Position numbers and translations under genes: made by a program
From: Patescibacteria group bacterium
Lineage (GTDB): Bacteria; Patescibacteriota; Minisyncoccia; UBA6257; 2-01-FULL-56-20
NCBI GenBank assembly: GCA_038063755.1
Contig: JBBTUL010000001.1
Span: forward strand, 1-61,237
Length of the DNA: 61,237 nt
Direction of reading: 5' to 3'
Shown here: positions 56,203-61,237 of the stretch, one piece after another
How the letters are laid out: the number at the start of each line of letters is the position of its first letter
How positions within the stretch are numbered: the first letter of the stretch is position 1
Notes under the pieces: model-generated
Database searches by the model: none
Told to the model about the DNA's origin: nothing
Seen by the model: only the letters and a program-made list of their open reading frames with translations

Positions 56203-56981
56203 GGCCTAAGTTCAGGATGTAAAAATACTTCTGTTCTGGTTGAATCAAGATGGTCTATCAGAGGATAAAATATTGAAAACTCTCGCGTTTCCTGTGGACC
56301 GAACCGATCAAGAATCGTCCTCGACGCTCCGGCTAGAACCTCCGATTCGTCATAAAAAAGCGCGGAGATCGTAAGCGATGGAAAAGAAACTATATCTTGA
56401 TTTACCACTATCCCCCGCACGACCGTGAGATTCGTCTCGTTTGTTGTTTTCGCATCACGGACGCGCACCTCTGGACGCACAAAGTCCTTGCTCTTGGTCC
56501 AGGTCGGAGTACCGAGATAAACCTCGGCGGTAAATGGGCCGATTCCAGATGGCTTTATATTGGGGACGACGAGCTGAAACACGTCTCCCCCGTAAAGCGA
56601 AGCTGATCCCTCGACTGTCGCGCTTGCCGTTCTGTCTCTGTTGAAAATGGCGACGCGGTATGGCAGCTTGCTCACTCCGAAGTCGGTGTTCGCGTTCTGG
56701 ATTCTTTGTACCACCGTCACTCCGCTCGCCGTCCCAGAAGAACCTGGAATCGTTATGGTTCGTATGGGTCCCACGAGCTCCGGCATGCGAATATCGGGTG
56801 GAGTACATACTTTCGCGCAGGAGCCTTCGCAGTCGACACCGAGCTCGTTTCCGTTTCGCTTGCCGTCAAAACATGACGGCGATGGCTTCAACTTTAAAAA
56901 ATAAAGAGCTCCGGCCATTGCCGCGAGTACCGCTAAATATAATCCACCATATACAACCTGCTTTAGAATCCGCCTTGGCAT
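56199..56981 (-). CDS. Conserved hypothetical membrane-anchored protein (Cys motif, FxLYD-like domain)
   Basis: SCFDGKRNGNELGVDCEGSCAKVC; ALFYD. Confidence 0.8.
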   Translation of the reverse strand: MPRRILKQVVYGGLYLAVLAAMAGALYFLKLKPSPSCFDGKRNGNELGVDCEGSCAKVCTPPDIRMPELVGPIRTITIPGSSGTASGVTVVQRIQNANTDFGVSKLPYRVAIFNRDRTASATVEGSASLYGGDVFQLVVPNIKPSGIGPFTAEVYLGTPTWTKSKDFVRPEVRVRDAKTTNETNLTVVRGIVVNQDIVSFPSLTISALFYDESEVLAGASRTILDRFGPQETREFSIFYPLIDHLDSTRTEVFLHPELRP

Positions 56982-57025
56982 TACCGCTATTATACCTCGC
57001 CCTTTGAACGAAACAAAAACCCGCG

Positions 57026-58216
57026 CTAAAAGCGCGGGGATGATTCCAGCTGATCAAGAAGGCACGCGTGTGCCCTACTCCACCTTGCCCATCTGTAAGC
57101 CCAGCCGGTAGCAGATGCCCGCTCCTCGGAAGGACTCACGCCGTCATCGCTTGCGAACACGACGTCCGGAAAAACGCCGATGCCGTGCAGTTTTTTCGCT
57201 CGTGGTCCTAGGAGATACTCGAGGTCTGTGAGATGAAGCGCTGATCCATCTCGAAGTTCATAGGTCGACTGCCCCACTCCCTTGCCAAACGTGCGTCTCC
57301 CAACGACAAGGGCGTATCCGAGTTCTTGCATCGCACCGGCAAAGAACTCTGATGCTGATGCGGTATGTTCATTTACGAGAATTACGGTCGGGACTCCATG
57401 AAGCGCCCCTCTTCCTGGCTTCATTCCTTCGGTGCCGAAGCTGAATCGCGATACAGTCGTCGCCACCGTGAGCACCTTTCCTCCTCGTCCGGCGAGAGAA
57501 AAAATAGTGTCGCCATCTTTAGTGAATTGTAAGAGCAAAGATTCCGCAAGGTAAGCATACCCGCCAAGATTGTCGCGCAAATCAATCACGAGACCCTCGT
57601 AACCGCCAGATGAAAAGTCCTTGGTAATGCGGTTGAGCTTTGCCACAAGGCCCTCGTCCAGAAACGAATGTATTCTCAGATAATAAACGGAAAGTCCGGT
57701 ATTTATCGAGACGCTCCCGCGCGGGAATGGTCTGCACTCAAGCTCTTTCTCGAGCTTCGTCTTCCCTCTTCGAATAAGAACGCGCAACTTCTCTCCGGAT
57801 TCGCGACAGATAAGAGCATCCTTGAGGCGCTTCGGGTTTGAAGGCGCAAAAATCGCTTTTCCAGCTTTCTCTACGAAGTCATTTGTCCGCAGGTCCACCT
57901 CTTCGGCAGAGCTCATTGGGAAAATGCCGACGATCATGCCATCACTTGATCGCAGGTTCATAATGCCATAGCTGAACTCCGACACAGGAGCAGTGTTTGC
58001 AAGGCGATCATTTATGGTCGCGAACCACGAATGTTCGTCGAGACACTGTTCAATGTTTTCGATGCCAACCCGCCGGATGCATTTTCCTCCTCCCTCATAA
58101 AGATAGTTTTTCTCGACAACCGCGATAACTTCTTCAAGGACCGGCTGAGGCGAATAACACGAACTTCCGATAAGTATCGAAAGAAAAGGCAGGAGTCCGC
58201 CAGAACAGATACCCAT
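57026..58216 (-). CDS. S41 C-terminal processing peptidase (CtpA-like)
   Basis: IDLRDNLGG; TASASE (Ser); RTFGKG (Lys); PDZ-like segment. Start moved to ATG 58216 after GGGGAGA. Confidence 0.85.
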   Translation of the reverse strand: MGICSGGLLPFLSILIGSSCYSPQPVLEEVIAVVEKNYLYEGGGKCIRRVGIENIEQCLDEHSWFATINDRLANTAPVSEFSYGIMNLRSSDGMIVGIFPMSSAEEVDLRTNDFVEKAGKAIFAPSNPKRLKDALICRESGEKLRVLIRRGKTKLEKELECRPFPRGSVSINTGLSVYYLRIHSFLDEGLVAKLNRITKDFSSGGYEGLVIDLRDNLGGYAYLAESLLLQFTKDGDTIFSLAGRGGKVLTVATTVSRFSFGTEGMKPGRGALHGVPTVILVNEHTASASEFFAGAMQELGYALVVGRRTFGKGVGQSTYELRDGSALHLTDLEYLLGPRAKKLHGIGVFPDVVFASDDGVSPSEERASATGWAYRWARWSRAHACLLDQLESSPRF

Positions 58217-58374
58217 TCCTATCTCCCCCAGACTCAAGGCACTACGTTCATTGACTCTCTCCAGGCTTGGAAAGTCAAGTTTTTCGCGTCGCCTCACTTG
58301 CACGGTCCCGTATTGTGTTTTTCTACGCTTCACGTGTATATTCAGAAATAGCGACATTGAAAAAGGTGGGTAAA

Positions 58375-60708
58375 ATGAAAAAAGCGATCGTCTTCGTGAT
58401 GAAGGACAAAACGCTTCCATTGCGACGGGACCCAAATAACTGCGACTTCCCCGCAAGCGAAGAGTTACTGAACTACCTTGAATCGAATGAACCGATATTT
58501 GCGCTGACCGCCCCTGGGACGGAAATGGTTGTCCTTTCGCGCGGAAAGCTGGTGGAGGAATTTCCAGAAGCAAAATCTATTCGCATTCGCCTGCAACCGT
58601 TTGGTCGGGCATGGTGCGACCAGAGAGAAAAAGAAGGACTCGAGAAAATATCGGGGCTTTCACTTGCTCCATACAACCTCGCGAAAGAGGCTCATGTTCC
58701 GTTGGCAAGATTCTTGCACAAAGAGTTTGGCGAGAAGCTTTATGTTTTGATTGAGCTCTCAACTGAGACAAAAAGATGGAAGGATCTGAAGAATTTCGTC
58801 GACGAAAAACTTATGCCGAACAGCGCTGGGATGTTTGTCGACAAGTTGGCCGATGGGCTGAACGCCTTTGCCGAAAGCCCAGGAGTCATGGAGATGCTTA
58901 TTGAAATTCTTGAGGCGCTCGATGTAGAAACAAGACTTGATCTTACAATCGGTGCCTATGAGCGCATAAAGTACAATGGTCCCGAAAGGAAGCTGATCAA
59001 GGAAAGAGAAAAGTCGGAGGACCCCGTAAAGCCAAAGCAAGATGATAACGAAAAGGAAAAATATCCTCCGGAGGTTTGGGATGTAATCGCTTCCGAACGG
59101 AAACGGATTGAGGCCGGCTTGGGGCACCAAGAAGCGGATCTTTCAAGAAAATACCTCGGAGTCCTTGAGCGCCTTCCCTGGAAAGTGCTCGCAACCGAAA
59201 ATAGTGACCCGGCGCTAGTTAGCCGGAAATTAAATCTTGGACATTATGGTATGGAGCAGGCAAAAGACAAAATCCTTGACCATATTGCGGTGCGCACGCT
59301 AAACCGCGATTCGCGCGGAGAAATCATTTGTCTTGAAGGTCCTCCTGGAGTCGGGAAAACGTCTCTTGCGCGCAGCATTGCAGACTCCCTCGGACTTCCC
59401 TTCGGACACATAAATCTTGGCGGAGTGCATGATATGACAGAGCTTAGGGGGCACCGACGCACGTATATCGGAGCGATCCCCGGAAGCCTTATTCGCGTGC
59501 TGATCAAGGCCGGGGTTAAAAATCCAGTCATCCTCTTGGACGAGGTTGATAAGATTGGAATCCATAACGGTTCACGAGAAGTGGAGAATGCTCTGCTTGA
59601 GATCCTCGATCCAACGGAAAATGCGAATTTCCGGGATCATTTTCTTGATGTTCCTTTTGACCTTTCTCGCGTGACGTTCATCGCGGCAATCAACGAACCG
59701 AACCTTTCGCCAAGCCTCTTGGACAGAATGGATCGAGTCGTTCTCCATGGATACGGAGAGGCCGAAAAACTCATAATCGCGAGGGAATATCTCATTCCGC
59801 AGATCAGGCATTCGTGCGGGCTTACGAATCACTCGATTCCCCACCTTACGAACGAACTTCTGCTTGAAATTGTCCGGTCGTACACGCATGAGGCAGGTGT
59901 GCGAAAGTTCCGAGAGAAACTTCTTACCGTTCACAAAAAAATCGCAAGAAAGATCGTCAGCGGAATACTCCTCGGAGAAGAGCTCTCGCTTGCGGAACTC
60001 AAGGAGCACCTCGGAGATCCTCAACCGAACCTATACACGGCGGATTTCGGAAACTTCGGTCCTGGCGTCGGCGTTTTTCTTTTCGTGCAAAATGGACTGG
60101 GAGACGTCGGAACCGTTGAGGTGACGCTTCGGAAGAAACGCTCTCAAAGCGACGACGAGATCACGGGAAATCTCGGAAAAGACATCCATGAATCCGTGAA
60201 GCTCGCAATCGGACGCATCCGAGAAAAATTCCCACACCTCTTTGAGGCTGGCAGTTCGTACCATCTTCATGTAAGCGATGGCGGAACGCCAAAGCGAGGT
60301 CCATCAGCCGGCGTCATCATTTACACGGCTCTTGTATCTGCGTTCTCGAAAATTCCGATTAAGCCTGGATTCGCCGTAACCGGAGAGAATATGCTCCTTC
60401 GCGACGCGGTCGATCCTGTCGGCGGAATCGTACAGAAACTTCTTGGCGCAGAGCGACGGGGACTCATCGAGGTTGCAATTCCTTCGGTGACCGCCGGGCA
60501 GTTAGGCGTAATGCCAAAGGATCATCTTGAAAAGATGGAAATTATCCGCGTCGGTTCCCTCGGGGATAACCCGGAAGCCATTTTGCGGAAACTTGTTGAA
60601 GTTTCACGACTTCCGAAGCGGAAGTTCACGGTTTATCTCATTGACACTCCGGAGCAGGCACTTGCAATCGCCTTCCCGGAACACTTTTTCAGTCAAATTC
60701 AGAAATGA
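58375..60708 (+). CDS. lon: Divergent ATP-dependent Lon protease
   Basis: GPPGVGKTS; ILLDEVDK; RRTYIGA.PG; GPSAG; GG..QK. Confidence 0.9.
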   Translation: MKKAIVFVMKDKTLPLRRDPNNCDFPASEELLNYLESNEPIFALTAPGTEMVVLSRGKLVEEFPEAKSIRIRLQPFGRAWCDQREKEGLEKISGLSLAPYNLAKEAHVPLARFLHKEFGEKLYVLIELSTETKRWKDLKNFVDEKLMPNSAGMFVDKLADGLNAFAESPGVMEMLIEILEALDVETRLDLTIGAYERIKYNGPERKLIKEREKSEDPVKPKQDDNEKEKYPPEVWDVIASERKRIEAGLGHQEADLSRKYLGVLERLPWKVLATENSDPALVSRKLNLGHYGMEQAKDKILDHIAVRTLNRDSRGEIICLEGPPGVGKTSLARSIADSLGLPFGHINLGGVHDMTELRGHRRTYIGAIPGSLIRVLIKAGVKNPVILLDEVDKIGIHNGSREVENALLEILDPTENANFRDHFLDVPFDLSRVTFIAAINEPNLSPSLLDRMDRVVLHGYGEAEKLIIAREYLIPQIRHSCGLTNHSIPHLTNELLLEIVRSYTHEAGVRKFREKLLTVHKKIARKIVSGILLGEELSLAELKEHLGDPQPNLYTADFGNFGPGVGVFLFVQNGLGDVGTVEVTLRKKRSQSDDEITGNLGKDIHESVKLAIGRIREKFPHLFEAGSSYHLHVSDGGTPKRGPSAGVIIYTALVSAFSKIPIKPGFAVTGENMLLRDAVDPVGGIVQKLLGAERRGLIEVAIPSVTAGQLGVMPKDHLEKMEIIRVGSLGDNPEAILRKLVEVSRLPKRKFTVYLIDTPEQALAIAFPEHFFSQIQK

Positions 60709-60713
60709 AAACA

Positions 60714-60739
60714 CCCCGACATACGTCGGGGCATTTTTT
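60714..60739. terminator. Hairpin between lon and the 5S rRNA gene
   Basis: CCCCGAC-atac-GTCGGGG followed by a T-run. Confidence 0.75.
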
Positions 60740-60769
60740 TGAAAACAAAAAACCGCATGAGATCCTTTT

Positions 60770-60888
60770 GTGTCGGCATACCCTACTTTCCCCAGAACCG
60801 AAGCTCTAAGTATCATCGGGCTTGAACGCTTTCACTTCTCTGTTCGGAATGGGAAGAGGTGGGTCACGTTCAAGTAGAACACCGACGC
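60770..60888 (-). rRNA. rrf: 5S rRNA
   Basis: Plus strand matches the reverse complement of 5S (CCCTACT...TTTCACTTC..GTTCGG.ATGGG..AGGTGGG); ends approximate. Confidence 0.93.
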
Positions 60889-60999
60889 AAAAGGACCCCA
60901 TACGGTCTCTTGAGCGCTTGAATCAAAAACTTGTAAGTCAACAGTTATATTTTATTACAACCTGTTGGTCGCCCCGACAAAAGTCGGAACGCACCAGCA

Positions 61000-61237
61000 T
61001 TGGGATGGTTGGTGGTTATTAGTACTCCTTGGCTGAACACCTTGCGGTGCGTACACCTAGAGCCTATCAACGTGGTAGTCTTCCACGAAACCATTGTGTC
61101 TAATCTTGGGATAGGCTTCGTACTTAGATGCTTTCAGTACTTATCCCTTCCGAACATAGCTACCCGGCGCTTCACCTGGTGGCAAAGCCGGTAGACCAGA
61201 GGTTCGTTCAACCCGGTCCTCTCGTACTAGGGTCAAC
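61000..61237 (-). rRNA. rrl: 23S rRNA, 3' end (partial)
   Basis: Sarcin-ricin loop CTAGTACGAGAGGACC on the minus strand; CTTAGATGCTTTCAG and CCTATCAAC landmarks. Confidence 0.97.

Noticed and set aside
58217-58573. N-terminal extension of the S41 peptidase ORF
   Set aside because: It overlaps the lon start and reads as non-protein-like sequence; ATG 58216 has an SD-like motif and a signal sequence.
60822-61194. Short ORFs at the right end
   Set aside because: They lie within the rRNA genes and spacer.

Overview
A 61 kb, mostly housekeeping window that looks like a Patescibacteria (CPR, Parcubacteria-like) chromosome, read with genetic code 11. The lineage call is inference from gene content. 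The window holds a PBP2-mreD-mreC-mreB cluster, proS, valS, tsaD, a complete F1Fo ATP synthase operon, parA/parB, rpsF-ssb-rpsR, a single fused rpoB-rpoC ORF, mltG/rodA, S41 and Lon proteases, three tRNAs (Glu, Pro, Leu) and the 3' end of an rRNA operon (partial 23S, 5S). The most unusual material is in four places. (1) A surface-fibre/pilin locus (10.3-16.6 kb) has three paralogous variable C-terminal tips. It is headed by a four-helix-bundle gene enclosed by perfect 20-bp inverted repeats built from 7-bp units, and one arm lies inside the pilin leader. (2) A family of short REP-like repeats has inserted in frame into sodA (nested) and valS, and truncates a paralog remnant. (3) All three tRNAs have degenerate copies of themselves next to them, one with a disrupted GIY-YIG gene. 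(4) An internally deleted APH(3')-like gene is flanked by 22-bp direct repeats. No database searches were run; family assignments come from recognised motifs.
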